A stretch of 59,544 nt of DNA, counting the filler, from Ionaspis alba (lineage: Eukaryota): the NCBI GenBank assembly GCA_964255285.1. It is 4 parts of 4 records of this genome, joined end to end, with 100 filler letters (N's around TTAATTAATTAA, not from the genome) between each part and the next. Parts side by side here need not be neighbours in the genome. Positions count along the whole stretch, not along the records: positions 14,924 to 29,745 come from CAXUUL010000398.1; positions 29,846 to 44,653 come from CAXUUL010000399.1; 2 more parts are not named here. The stretch is one strand, 5' to 3'. Below, one piece after another: positions 22,139 to 35,925 of this stretch. Position numbers and translations under genes: made by a program. Numbering within the stretch: position 1 is the first letter of the stretch; each line of letters starts with the position of its first letter. The notes under the pieces were generated by a model, which searched no databases, had not been told where the DNA came from, and was given only the letters and a program-made list of their open reading frames with translations.

Positions 22139-22553
22139 ATGGCCGGCGTATGCTCTCATCTGCCCTTCGCGATTGAACACGCTAATTTGGACTTGTCTAG
22201 TTCGCGTCCGGAGTCTACAAGTGATTCTTCAACAAACCCTTTATTCTCGAGACCTCGGGCTCACAGCATACCAGCTTTGTGTTTCGAAAGAACCCCGTCT
22301 TCCTTGCCGTTGTATTCTCGGGTGCATTTGTGTTCGAGGTGTAAGAGAACAGCTGAATTGCTATTCAAGGACTACAGAGAAAACTTACCAATGTGCTGTA
22401 GGGCTTTCGACCGGGGGATCGACAGATTCTGGGATGCTCACAACAGAGGCGTATGTATCAGAGTCACATACGAAGGAAAATCCGTATCGGCTAATGCGGA
22501 GAAAGCGCCAATGGAAGGACATCCGGCACAAGTATATCGAGAGTGACGAATGA
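22139..22553 (+). CDS. QCR9: Cytochrome b-c1 complex subunit 9, five short exons
   Basis: Splicing gives MAG|FASGVYN|FVFRKNPVFLAVVFSGAFVFEV|AFDRGIDRFWDAHNRG|RQWKDIRHKYIESDE-stop, with the UCR10/QCR9 signature N.GRQWKDI. Confidence 0.9.
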
Positions 22554-23306
22554 GGCGGCATAGAAAGGGAATGGGTGACAGATTACAGCGATTAGCGGAC
22601 GAGATCATGCATGCAGCACCATCTACTCATTCCAAAGCCCGTGTATAAGCAAAGTGTTGCACGTCTAGGAAATTGATACGTGGTGCACATTCTGCATTCT
22701 GACCTTGGATATGGTTCACACCACTACCCGGCCACCTATGACTTGAAAGAAATTTCTCATGGCTGTTACGTAGAAGGCCTGCATCTCCGAGTGAGGATCG
22801 AAGGATAAGATCTGTAGATGCTGCAGCTTTAGCAATACAACAACCATATTGCCTGATTTATGTGAGGCAGCGAGGTGGTCCTACAAAGCTGCCGTCAGTC
22901 CTCCATCGCATCGCCGAACTAAGCCTCTATGGAAAGTTACCCGCAAAAAGTTCTTTCAATATTAATAGGCGTCAAATTTGTGGTTACACGCGTCGTACAT
23001 GCGCTCTCAGACTCGCTTGAAACTCGACCCTTCCTCGATATCAGCCCGAAGGTCTCCCCGCCATTCTCAAACTCAGCACAAAACTTCAGTCACAGGAATG
23101 TCGATTCTCATCCGGATCAAGATGAGTCATCTTTGACAGAGAACGACCACATCTACTGAGACCCGTGAGTTGAGTTTTCCAAAAGCTCTGCCTTAAATCT
23201 TGCCATCGAGGAATCGCAAGGACCGCCCCGCCGCCTATCCGTATGTTGGTAACATATCTACGAGGATGAACTTCTCGACGGCCCCAACCTAGCACACTAC
23301 AGCAAG

Positions 23307-26300
23307 ATGATCATTTCAACACAAGAAAGGCAGCTGTGTCGCAGTCTGCGAGACCTACCTAAATACTTCAATAACCGTTTCGAGAGTAACGCAAACCGAG
23401 CTCTGCAACAAATATTGTTCAGGTCATTGGTCAACGACAACGATGACTATCTTGATGTTCTTTTCAAGGGCAAGGTGCCTCGAGAGGACACGGACTGGAG
23501 TTTAAAAAAGGCACAGGGTGCTGTGGAAGGTTCAGAATACACAGAGGCTGCTAGGGGGAAGCGATGTGGACATATCTTCAAAGGCGGAGAGGCAACATAT
23601 CGATGTAGAACCTGTACGGCTGATGACACCTGCGTCCTCTGCAGCAAATGCTTCGAGGCTTCGGATCACGCCGGACATATGGTCTATGTCAGCATCAGTC
23701 CTGGAAACAGCGGTTGTTGTGACTGTGGAGATGCGGAAGCCTGGTTATTACCTGTGAACTGTGCCATACATACCGCAGAACACCCAAGTGATTGCGAAGG
23801 AGGTGGCGAGACTTCGAAACTGCCAGAGAACCTTGTGGAGAGCATCCGCATGACAGTTGGTCGGGCTTTGGATTACTTGTGTGATGTTATATCCTGTTCA
23901 CCAGAGCAACTACGACTTCACAAGTCCGAGGAAACGATAAAAGAGGATGAGCGAACTTCAAGGCTCACGTCGAAGTGGTACGAAGACGGCGATGAAATAG
24001 AGACCAACCCTGAATATGCCTTGATCCTATGGAACGACGAGAAGCACACGGTGCATGAAGTTCAGAACCAGGTCGCTCGTGCTTGCAAGAAGGAAATGGC
24101 CTTTGGGTTCCGGAAAGCCAGAGAGACGGACGATATCGGTCGAAGCGTCGTCACATACTCGCGAAATTCTAAAGAGCTGCTACGTGTAGCAAACATTATT
24201 GAAAATATCAGAATTACGGTTACCATTCGCTCCGCAAGGGACACTTTTCGAGAGCAGATGTGCAGCACCATCATCGAATGGCTCTTGGACATCTCGGGAT
24301 GCAGCGTAGGCTATGACCACCATATCCTAAAGCAGACTGTCTGTAAGGAAATGCTCAAAGTTTGGCGAACGGGGAGTGAGGCAACCAATGCAGAGGTGGG
24401 AAGAGATGGTATCGATGATCACGAGATTGAGGATGCAGACGAGAGGCGAAACATAATAGTGCGAGGAATGGTACACCACGCCAATGGGAATGGCACTCGA
24501 ATAATCGCAGTCAATATACCGCCAACTGCAGGCAATGCAACGGGCGCTATCGTCAATGCCGTAGCTGAGAACGAAGACAATGACGACGGCGATGACGAGG
24601 CAGAGAGCCAAACCCTTGATGGCGATACGGAGGACCTCATGGAGCTTGATCTGGACCTCGATGCATCTGATCCCGATGGAGACCTTGACATGCGTGCTGT
24701 GGGCGAGCCTGAAGATAATCTCGAGGTTTCCGAGGCCACACTTGCCGGTTATCCGCCGCCTCCTCCCCCACCTCCACCACAACCTGCTGCTTTGCGAACG
24801 CATCATCATTTGATCTCTGGTTCAGACAGCGAAGATACTTTCCTGTCTCCACAAACAACACCTCGAGCAAGCATGCCTATACCTAGAACTCCGCACAGGC
24901 CTGCAAGACCAGTCTGGAAAAGGCCTCCCGACCACTGGCTTGAAGGACCCAATCTGAAGTCTGGCGAGATTCCTCTTACTGAGGACATCCGGCAGCGTGT
25001 GCGGTTGGACTGGATGATTCTCTTTGACCTAAGACTCTGGAAGAAAGCTCGCGTTGATCTTCGAGATCTCTATATCAGCACAGTTGTGACGGTTCCTGAG
25101 TTCAAACGTGTTCTAGGCATACGGTTTGCTGGGCTCTACACTGTGCTTGCTCAGCTCTATTTGATTGCAGATCGAGAGCCCGACCATTCGATCATCTATT
25201 TGTCTCTCCAAATGCTCACAACGCCCTCCATTACCGAAGAAATTGTCGAGAAGGGCAATTTTTTGACCAATCTCATTGCGATTCTCTATACCTTTCTCAC
25301 CACACGGCAAGTCGGTCATCCATGGGAGGTTTCGAATGTTACAACGTTGGCCTTCGATTCCGGATCTGTGACAAATCGACGAATGTATCATTTCTTCATG
25401 GACCTGAAACATCTTTTTGCTTCCGAATATGTGCAGAAGAAACTTCGTCACGAAGAACGATATGTGCTCCAATTCCTTGATTTGATAAAACTACCCCAGG
25501 GGATCTGTCCGAATGTAAGGGCAGTAGGAGAACACGTCGAATACGAGACCGACGCTTGGATAAGTGCCTCTCTCCTTACACGAGAGATCAACAAATTGTG
25601 CCGCCAATTTGCAGAATCTTTTAAGTGGCGGCGAGGAGAAGACATGACAACTCTATCGAAAGTCTTGAGAATCATCGGGAGGGCCACAATAGCGAATTCT
25701 ATTGGCGCTGAGCGCAAGCGCTTTGATCAAGCAGAAGTGAAAGGTGAAATGCGTTTCAAAGACATGACAGACTTCGAGCTCGAGATGGACAATACTGGAG
25801 TCGATGTACCAGGCTACAAGCCTACTCGAGTGGTTGATTTTGTTGTCGAAAAGGAACCCATTAGTTTCCATCACGCTTTGCATTACACGCTTTCATGGTT
25901 GATCGATGGAGCAAAAAGCATGTCTGCTCCACAACTCCGTCGTCTTCTGGAATTCCGAATCACGGATCTTCAGAATCTATCAACTCACCAAGCTTCGATC
26001 CCTGACATGGACTCCGAGACATATCTAATTGCTTTATTCGATTATCCCCTTAGAGTCTGTGCTTGGCTGGCTCAGGAAAAAGCAAGAATGTGGGTGCGCA
26101 ACGGACTTAGTCTTCGTCACCAGATGGGCACATATCGAGGTGTCTCTCAACGTGACCTAGGTCATCACCGAGACATATTCCTTTTACAAGCCGCTATGGT
26201 CATCGTCAACCCCAACCGAATACTGTTATCCATGATTGATAGGTTTGGGATGAACGATTGGATGAAGGGAAACTACACTTTACGGGAGGGCTTCGAGGAT

Positions 26301-29300
26301 ACCCAGCTTCTGGACGTTGCGGAAGACTTCGTTCATTTGATGATTGTTCTGCTTAGCGACCGTACATCGCTTCAGCCTCTAGAAGACGAACCTTGCCCTC
26401 AGTCACTCGCGATCCGTCGAGACATTACCCACATCCTATGCTTCAAACCTTTGTCGTTCTCAGACTTGTGCAGCCGTTTGGCGGACAAGTTTCAGGATCT
26501 AGAAGAATTCCAGGATATTCTTACAGAAATGACAAACTTCAGAGCTCCTGAGGGCCTCTCAGACACCGGGACCTTCGAGCTCAAACAAGACTACCTGGCA
26601 GAGATTGATCCTTACATTGCTCATTACACCAAGAACCAACGTGATGAGGCGGAGACTGCCTATCGGACTTGGGTCTCCAAGAAGACTGGAAAACCCGTTG
26701 CCGAAGTCGTCTTTGAGCCCAGATATCGAGAGATCAATTCTGGCATCTTTGAAGACCTTTCAGGCTTCACGCGGACTCCCCTCTTCTGTCAAATAATATA
26801 TTATTCCCTGAATTATGCCTTGGTTGCCCAAAGCGCCATGCCAAACATACCCACCACTAGGGTAGAAGCATTCCTCCAAGTAGTGCTCCACCTAATACTG
26901 GCAGCGGTCCTCGAAGACCACACAGAAGAGGATGACATGACTGAAGAATCTTTCCAATCCTTCGGCTATAGATTATTATACAGAAACGTCCAGCCTGGCG
27001 TGACAGTATTAGCCCTCTTGCAGAGGCTGTCCGACAAGGACGAATTCAAGTTATGCCATGCGAAGATTCGGCAGATTCTCATTCGCATCAAGCAAAAGCG
27101 CCCACGATCATACGCTACTCTCACTGCTGCATTGGGAATCCCTATGGACAGAATTGGCTCCGACTCGCCAATGGCGCTTCCCAACGAGAATTTGGAGGTA
27201 AAGAAGAAGCAGGCTCTCGATAGGCAGGCCAAAGTCATGGCTCAATTCCAAAAGCAGCAACAGGAATTCTTGACGAGCCAAGGCAATTTCGACTGGGGCG
27301 GAGAAGACTACGATGACAATGAGTCAGTTGCAACTGGTTTTACGGACGAACATAAGCAGACATGGAAATACCCCAGTGGAAACTGTATCCTTTGCCAGGA
27401 GGAAACAAGCGACAATCGACTGTTCGGGACATTCGCTCTGATGATGCCGAGTGGTATACTACGACAGACCGACCTGGAGGACTCCAATTACGTTGAGGAG
27501 GTTCTGACCACCCCAGCATCTTTGGACAGGTCAGCGGAGGAAATCCGTCCATTCGGTATCGGGGGTAAGAACCGGACGAACATACGAAAACTGGCATCAG
27601 ACGGGCGTGAGGTTATTAGTGAGCGCCAAGGCCTTGGGAAAGGATTCAATGCATCACAATGCCTCCGGGGACCGATTTCAACTGGCTGTGGTCACATAAT
27701 GCACTACTCGTGCTTCGAGCTCTATTGTGGCGCCACACAGCGCCGACAAAACCATCAGATTGCCCGTAACCACCCCGAGCGACTCGAGTACAAGGAATTT
27801 GTATGTCCACTGTGCAAAGCGTTGGGCAATACATTCCTGCCCATCATCTGGAGAGGCAAAGAGGAGGTATATCCTGGAGTCTTACAAGTCGAGCAAAGTT
27901 GGGACGAGTGGCTCCACCAAACATTACCCCTGATTGTGACACGCTACCACAAGCATGTTATCGGCGACGACAAGAAACCGACAAGCATCCGTCAGCATGA
28001 GCGCTTCATGGGCTATGCCTCAAAAACCATGATCGCTCCGTTGGCCACTAATTTGCCACACCTAGTAATATCTGATCACAGCAGTCCAAACTCTCCTCCG
28101 CACTCCAGTAGAGCCCGCATAGCTGGCCTCTTCTCAGACGACGAAGCAACTCCATTCGCATTTCCTCAACATCCTGTGGATACTAGTGTCGCTATGGACG
28201 AGCTCATGTATATCTACAACCGCATACGTGAAACGATTGTCAAAAATGGCTTGTACGGATTTGCGTATCCCATGACCAGCTCGGGTGGGCTCGAAGAGCT
28301 TAGCTATACCGATGCTCTCGCGAGGACATGCGCTTTCTCGATCGCAGCCACGGAGATAGCGCAAAGGGGTGTCAAATCAGAGCCAGGGTCGTTGTTGCTC
28401 GACAAGATCTCGCCTCTCACTCTGACACATCTGAAAATATTGTCAGAAACAGTGTCCTCCTACATTGCCATCGGTGGCCTACGCAACGGAGCTAATAACA
28501 AGGCAAATAATGAGTTTGCCTTCACTCACAAGAAGCAATTGGTGCAGCTATTCTGCGGTCATTCTGAAATTGTTGGCCCCGATGACTGCCCGTGGGCCAG
28601 AATGGCTTCGCCGGTTCCCGCCGCTTTGGCAGAAGACTCTTTTGTGTTACTCGCAGAATGTTCCGTCTACCTTGCCCCTGCGTTGAATCTCGATATCCAT
28701 CACGTGCTACATGCTTGCTACCTCCTAGAGCTTGTCAAGGTCACTTTCGCCATACAGTGCAACGGGCATCTGTCGAGGCCTCCATGCAACATCCCAGTCC
28801 CAGCTCACAAGTCCAAGATCTCTCCTGAAGCGCTCAGAGCTCTTTCGCGATTCATGAGCCGAGTCTGGGAAGCTACTAATCCACAATCACCACCCATGGA
28901 TCCCAATGCGATTGCCCAAGATGTAGTACCTCGGCTGTACGCTGCTTTATCCACATATGCTCTGGCGTTCCTTCGCAAAGCCGTCATTCTGCTGCACGTC
29001 CGCTACGGTGTCGACTTTCCTAACACAGGATTCTCGGATATGGATGAGCCGGAGCTTGATCGATTGACCAAGGCACTTCGCCTTCCTACACTTGCCGAGA
29101 TGTTTGACTCGACAGCCAGGGTTGATGATCCGACCAAGTTGAATCATAACTTTACGATGATGACAGGCTGGATCCATCATTGGCTGTGGATGCATGGAAT
29201 GGAGCCGAACGGCAGGACTGCCTTAGCAGGTATCAGACCGAGCCATCCGGCTATCTTCGAGCTCATCGGACTTCCGAAGTACTACGATACGCTGCTCGAC

Positions 29301-29745
29301 GAAATGATGAGACGACGGTGTCCGAGTACAGGCAAGGAACTGACAGAGCCGGCGTTGTGTCTCTTCTGCGGTGAGATCTTCTGCAGTCAGGCAGTCTGTT
29401 GTAGTAGAGATGGATTGGGAGGTTGCAATCAACATCTTAAGAAGTAAGAATATTTCTTGAATCCACAGCTGTTTGAGCCACTCACTAATATTCTCCTCTA
29501 CCTAGATGCAACCAGGACGTCGGTCTTTTCATCAACATCCGCAAGTGTACTGTCCTCTACCTTCACGCCCGTAACGGCTCCTGGACCAATGCTCCCTATC
29601 TCGATAAGCACGGAGAGGTCGATCCCGGGCTAAGACGTAGTCGACAACTGATTCTAAACCAGAAGCGTTATGATGCTTTGCTGAGGAATGTTTGGTTACA
29701 GCACGGTATTCCTACTACTATTTCTAGGAAGCTGGAGGCGGATAT
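23307..29745 (+). CDS. UBR1: N-end rule E3 ubiquitin ligase Ubr1 (UBR box, ClpS-like, RING-H2), last few codons lost at scaffold end
   Basis: CGHIFK.GE..YRC.TC..DDTCVLC UBR box, LWNDEKH, CILCQE...CGH.MH..C...EF.CPLCK RING. Final exon after the ~29444-29505 intron reads APYLDKHGEVDPGLRR...ISRKLEAD. Confidence 0.97.
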
Positions 29746-29845
29746 NNNNNNNNNNNNNNNNNNNNNNNNNNNNNNNNNNNNNNNNNNNNTTAATTAATTA
29801 ANNNNNNNNNNNNNNNNNNNNNNNNNNNNNNNNNNNNNNNNNNNN
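29746..29845. other. Artificial scaffold-joining spacer N44-TTAATTAATTAA-N44
   Basis: 12-mer at 29790-29801 flanked by 44 N on each side; genes on both sides are cut. Confidence 0.97.
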
Positions 29846-30670
29846 TCGAACTTGATCCTTTTCCCTCTAAAAACGTACTCTCCCGCCAACTTCCCAACCA
29901 CACACCCAATATACGCACCCGTAACAATCGTAATCGGCCAAGTCTGCCAGTCCCGATCCCTGAAAGCCCATACAAATCAGCAAAGGCCAAGCCAGCGCGT
30001 ATTTCCCCACCCCCATCATCCCTCATCGAAGAAGTTTGACTCACCAGTCCAGCGGAATCGGCACAGTACCCAACCACGCCCCCAAAACCGTCCCCACAGC
30101 ACCTCCCCAGAGTCCATCAAATGGTAACAACGCGCCTCCAACCTCTCGCCACGACGACTCTGCCACGCCATGTACGTAGAAAAGTGGAAAAGCACCTAGC
30201 AGCGCTACATGGCACGCGCAGAGATATGTCTGCGCGTGATGCGTTGTCAGAGGCGCGCCGAAGAGCACCATCATGACCGCGAGGAAGGGGGTGCTGGCGA
30301 GGGCAGTGAGACCGAGGGCGAGAAGCGACGTCGTTATCTTCGTCGACAGGGAGGGTTGCCGGACCTTCGAGTCTGACGAGCGGGTCGATTTAGGCGGCTT
30401 GGATTTCCGTGGAGCAGTCGAGGGGGTGCTCTGGGCTGGTGGAAGACATGTCGTGGCATATGCTGTTTGGATAATGGCGAGAGGCACGAGATCAGTAAAG
30501 AGAGTTGGGATTGGGGAGGCGACGAGAGTGGGGAAGCGGATAGTGTAGTAGGTTAGGAGGAGGATGGGGTGGATGTGGGTGAAGGTTGCTGATGCGGTGC
30601 CTGGGAGGACGGAGATGGGGAGCGAGGTTGACGGCATTGTGCGAGATTTGGTTTGTGTTTCGGTTGCCAT
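29846..30670 (-). CDS. GPI11: GPI-anchor biosynthesis protein PIG-F/Gpi11 (stop lost at scaffold edge)
   Basis: VLFGAP, GAWLG.VPIPLDW|DRDWQTWPITIVTGAYIG signature; second exon runs to ...RGKRIKF at the spacer. Confidence 0.93.
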
Positions 30671-31887
30671 GATTGCGGGTCTGAGTGGGAGGTTCGCTCG
30701 GCAAGGAGATGCTAGGTGATTGAGCGCGAGAAGGATGGTGATAGAAGTAATTATTCTCTATCATGCACCTATAGATAATCTAAGGCTCGAAGTCGGTGGA
30801 CTGTCCGGTCCGTGTCACCTCCGAGTCTAGCCCCATCGGCATGTTTTACCCTTTGGCAAGAATTCACGTGACGCTCGTTGCATCATGCTCTGGTTTGATT
30901 TTCGATCCACGCTTCGACTTAAACTATCGTCGTCGTATCTGCGGTGTGATAAGACATCAAGATGGTGATGCCCTTGTGCTTCACTTCTACATCGAAGACA
31001 CAACATCTCGACGGGTCTCCTTCCATATTTCCGAGCATAATCAAAGCATCGCGATCGAAGAATTGACGAAGATCCAGGCGCATCGGTTGCCTTTGCTTTG
31101 CAATGATCATGCTGGTCGCGCAGTATATCCTGTGTTGAGTAAGATCCAGGTCTCACCAGGATATCCAAAGCCTCGACCCGATGGACAGGAATCACAATAT
31201 GACATGGGCAAACCTTCCAACCAGCCAAGCGATTCTATGAAATCCCGTCTCAGGAATAAAGCCCGATACCAAGGCCCTTGCATTACCGTGGTGGTTCACA
31301 AAGGCACCATAGCGATCGCTTCTGGCGGCATCATCCCTCGATCCCACCGGAACAGGGAATTTTCGATGGCTTCCTTCGAGGGCAAGCCACCCTCCCACGC
31401 CTAAGTTTCTCACTAAGTTCTAGGCGGCGGTTGGCCACCTAAGCCCCCGGCGCATGCAGGAGAGCCTTTGGAGATGAAAGCCCATCATCCCCCGAACATG
31501 CTTGCTGCTGATGCCGTGGTCATCGACCTGTGCTTTGTGACCAACCGTTTGTCGCTCTCAATCTCCCGTCATCTCTTCCTCGAGTTTCTTACATCGCCAG
31601 TTCAAACCTACATCGATAGAAGCATTTAATTTATTTCCTCTGAGTCGCTTACCATAATTCACAAGCTTGGCAACTCTCTTACTCATACTCGATCTACTAT
31701 TCTTCATCTATAAAATCTCGATCTCTCTCTCCTTTGTTATTCCTTTTCCCTCCATTCAAAGCAACAACACCTTCCATAAATCTCATAGATCTCGCGTCCC
31801 AAGTCATCACTACATCATCCCAAGCCAAATCCAGCACCCTTCCAACTCCGTACAACGCCAACAACCCAGCACATAAAACTTGCCACC

Positions 31888-32490
31888 ATGCGCTCCTTAC
31901 GATCCTCCTCCATCACCTCCTCCACCTCTTCTACTTCCGACTCCGAAGAGACTCTCCAGATCTTCGTCAAGCTCCTAAACGGCGAAAGTACTTCACTCCT
32001 TTCCACATTTCCTCCTCCACCTTCAAGCTAACTATCTCCAGCAATCCCCCTCAACCTCCCTCCCTCGACGACCGTCAGCACCCTTCACCACCTTCTCTCC
32101 CTGCGCACCTCCCTCCCCACCAGCTCCCTCCGCCTTACCCACGCCGGCAGGCACCTACTTCCCTCACCATCCCCAACCACATCCAGCACTCCCCTACCTT
32201 CGCCCACACTCTCCAGTCTCAATCTTACCCCCAACACCCTCCTCACACTCTCGCTCCCCATCCGCGGCGGCATGCCCCCCAAGAAAATCCGCTGCACCTT
32301 CAAAGACTGCAAAGACTCCGCCCAACGCATTGTCGGGGACTGCGGATTCTGCTCTGGTCATTTCTGTGCCAAGCATCGCATGCTGGAGGACCATAAGTGC
32401 AGTGGCTTGGAGAACTGCAAGAAGGAGAGTCATGAGCGGAATGCGAGCAAGTTGAATAGTGAGCGGACGATGGTTGTTAAGGGTATATGA
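31888..32490 (+). CDS. Ubiquitin-like domain fused through ...IRGG to an AN1-type zinc finger
   Basis: Exon 1 ...TLQIFVKLLNGE, intron 31988-32041, exon 2 TIPLNLP...LRLTHAGR.L...TLLTLSLPIRGG-MPPKKIRCTFKDCK...GDCGFCSGHFCAKHRMLEDHKC. Confidence 0.85.
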
Positions 32491-32600
32491 GGTGTTGGAG
32501 AGGGATGATAGGAACAGTGGAGTAGAGAGGAGAGGATTAGGGGGAATTTTGGACTGCTTGCCGGATTAGCGGGCTTGCGGGTGTTTTGAAGTGTTGCTTT

Positions 32601-32700
32601 NNNNNNNNNNNNNNNNNNNNNNNNNNNNNNNNNNNNNNNNNNNNNNNNNNNNNNNNNNNNNNNNNNNNNNNNNNNNNNNNNNNNNNNNNNNNNNNNNNNN
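32601..32700. other. Intra-scaffold assembly gap (100 N, no spacer 12-mer)
   Basis: Plain run of 100 N. Confidence 0.95.
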
Positions 32701-33258
32701 AGCACATCTCAATGTGCATTTTATCCACAGTATTGTTGAAGACGAAAATATCCCCCATCGTTCATCATCCGACTCAAGGTCATACAACAAGTCCCATCTT
32801 ATGCTTAACCACCACAACAAGCTCACTCTAGAGAAATTCTTGTCAAACAGCTCTCAGAAGTGACCATAGCTGAAAGGCCCTTCCTAAGTAACGTCCCCTT
32901 CCAGAACCATCATCAATATCAGAGGCAATTTCCTAACAACCCCAAAGCACACACACATCCACCCATCATCTTTCGCCATCACATTGAGAAGGAAATTAAA
33001 AAAACCATCATCCGTAATTAGAGCTCTTTCATCCTGAAAAAAAGAAAAAGAAAAACCATCCGCAGTATATCTTTCAGCCCGGGGGGTATCTGACCAGTTC
33101 TCCATCATTCCCTTTGAATATAAAAAAAAGAGACAAACACCAGCACTTGGTATACAATTTGTGGCAACAAAGTGATTGACATAACATTTGACCTTTCACA
33201 GTGAAAGCAGCTAGTACGCACCCCACGTTCTGGTGAACTGAGCATCCAGCTGTCCAGC

Positions 33259-35925
33259 TCACGGTGGACCAGTAACAGGCACAGCCGTAAGCGGAGGCGA
33301 GAACGGATCATCGGCAGACTTAGCAGACTGAGGTTCCTCGCGCTTGGCTTCCATCGAGCGACCACGAGTAGGTAGCGCTTCCTGCTGCGCAAGAGCATTG
33401 AGACTGTGCTTGCTGCCCGCACGATCAGCACTACTCCTTGACGGACTCTTCGCACTTTCTTTCTCAGCATCACGCTCCTTCTTATCTTCTTTCGCTTGGG
33501 CGACCTTGGCCTTGAGCCATGAGAGCGGTCCTTTCTTTTCTGCAGTATCCTGCGAGCCGTCTTTCTCCTTCTCCTTTTCCTTGTCTTTGGAAGTGAGAGT
33601 AGGCGTAGAGATAGCGTTTTCGTTGGCTAGCGTTTGCTGAGCAGAATGAAGGGATGGAAACCCAGTACTGGAAGGTTCAGTGCCGAGTTGGTGCGAGTCG
33701 TTGGTCTCGGATCTGCGGGAGCGGCTCCAGCTACCGATAGAGCTGGTGCTGGTTTCGGCAATGGCGTTAGAGCCAATCTGTGGAGGTGCTGAGGCGGCTA
33801 AGCCAGCAGTCTGGCCATTCTTCTTAGCCGAGGAGGAGAAGCGCCAGCGGTGTTTCTTGACGGGCTTCTCCTCATGACCGGCTCCAGCTTCGTTGTGGTC
33901 GAGTTCTGAATGGTCGGTAACGGAAGACTTTTTCGAGTTGATGGATTGAGGAGGAGATTTGTTTGGTTTCAGAGTCGACTCGGACTCTTCTCTAGGCAAT
34001 ACTGGGTCGTGCGAGCCGTCGCCGAAGTGCGGAGGATCGATCTCTGATTGAGGTGTAGCTGCGGTATTTGAGAAGACAGGCGTAGTAGAGGCGAGCGGGT
34101 CTGACTTCATGGCTGATGAAACTCCAGGAGTCGGCATAGGAGTATAGAACGCAAGGTTGTTAGGAGAATCGGGTGCACCAGGTAATGAGTGGGTAGAACT
34201 GTGCGCGCTTGGGTTCGTGCTGCTTGGGATACGTTTCTTCTTGAGCTTGTTGGGCTGACGACCGTCCTTGCGTTCTGCGTCATTCGAGGGAGATCCCATC
34301 AGAAGGTTAGAAACCTTTCGTACAGCTGATGGCCGTTGCGTAGAGCTTTGTACCGACTCGCCAGCAGAAGCACCTTGAAGGTTTGAGATATCAGGCTGCA
34401 GAAGCTGTTCTTTGCTTTGGCCATGAACAGCAGAATCTTTACCCGGTTGAAGACTCATAGGTTTTTCGGCGGTGGGTGTGGTAGATGACGCAACTGATAC
34501 GGTACGATTCTCGGATAGAGTAGGGGTCAATCGCGAGCCTGGCGAAGCTGCGCGAGCAGAGGGTAGTATGACGGTAACAGGCGAGAGATTGGCAGAAGGT
34601 GTTGTAGGAGAATCAAGACCCCTATTGAAACGGCCTGTTGAGAGTGCCGGTGACTTTTTGGAAGGGAGAGTATTGCTTCGATAAACTCCGCTACCAGTGT
34701 TGTTGCTCGCAAATGCAGTTCCGGAAGAGGGTGTAAGCGGGCTTGGTATGTGGGTCGAACTCTTAGAGTTCTTCGATGAGACGGACACATTTCTTCGAAG
34801 ACCACCATGCTTACGTAGACTGTCCGCTCCTGCACTTGCGTTTGAGGCTGATCGGCCCAGCCCTGCCTGTGATGCTCGTGTACTGGTGGGGGTACTTGGC
34901 TGAAGCGACTGGGGACCGTTCTGAACATCGCGAACTGTCTTCTCGTCGGCAGCTGTTCCACTCATGCCAATCAAGAAGCTATCTTGGTTGTCAACCAAGA
35001 AGATGAGAACGTCTTGGCTTAGGCGGTATTCTTGAGGACTCATATCATGAGTAGGGTGGGATAATAGACCTGGCTGAAAGATAGCTGCAAGGTTGGCAGA
35101 AGTCATCAAATTGATATCCGACTTGGAGGCAAAGACAGCGAGGAGGTCGAGGATGTAGAGAAGTAATTGACGGTTGAGAGGAGGAAGCTCTGTGATCAAC
35201 TGTTGGTACGTTGTGATAGCCTTGTTCTGATCAAAGTCCCCGATGTCTTGCTGTTGAGCTTCCATGTCTCCGACCGCTTGCGTCTGATGACTTCTCAGTG
35301 GATCTCGGAATTTTTCATAGAAATCCAATGGAACGATAGGTTGAGGCAGTTGATTCAGGTAGCGCCGTAAAATGTTGGCTGCATCGTGGACTGTATAGCC
35401 TGTCCAATCAAGTCCTTTCCCATACCGATCTGGCGAATCAAAGATGGCCTGTAGCTCTTTGATTCGTTTTGCAGATCCGCTAAGACGGAAGATTCCCTCA
35501 ACATCCGTAGCTGTATGAGGTCAGTACAGCTGTCATCAGCAATTTCCAGTTTTGTGGGATATATACCTTTCTCTTTCAAGAACACCCCACATTTGGCCAC
35601 TACAATGGGGACATAGCCGTAGATAAAGCTCTCGCCTTGTTCGTTCATCAGTGAAATTGCGACGTTCGCATATTTGATGCTGATATTCAGCGGTACGCCA
35701 AAAATGCCAGTGGGGACTTCAGGTACAGGAACTATGGAAGTCAGTACAGGATCAGATGGAATAAAGCACCTGATGTGACGTACCTGGAGCTGGATCTCTT
35801 CTAGGTCTCCTTTTGAAAGCAGTCCACCATGTCTTCAACGCTTGTGGGGTTTCTCCATTCTCTGATGGATGTTGACCTTGTGTCTGTTGCGCCGCGGTCG
35901 GGGTGCCAGGATTTCCAGAAGCCAT
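33259..35925 (-). CDS. SAC7: Rho GTPase-activating protein, Sac7/Bag7-like, with long Ser-rich C-terminus
   Basis: Exon 1 MASGNP...LKTWWTAFK; then GIFGVPL.SIKYANVAISL...GYVPIVVAKCGVFLKEK|ATDVEGIFRLSGS.KRIKELQ, LPPLNRQLLLYILDLL, NLM...NLAAIFQPG. Confidence 0.88.

Noticed and set aside
30796..31404. 202-aa ORF between GPI11 and the Ubl-AN1 gene
   Set aside because: GTG start, no motifs, located in a divergent promoter region; no support for coding.
31734..32396. 220-aa Pro/His-rich ORF and C-rich low-complexity tract
   Set aside because: Alternative frame of the C-rich Ubl-AN1 coding sequence; not a repeat element.
32430..32863. ORFs spanning runs of N
   Set aside because: Artefacts of translating through the assembly gap.
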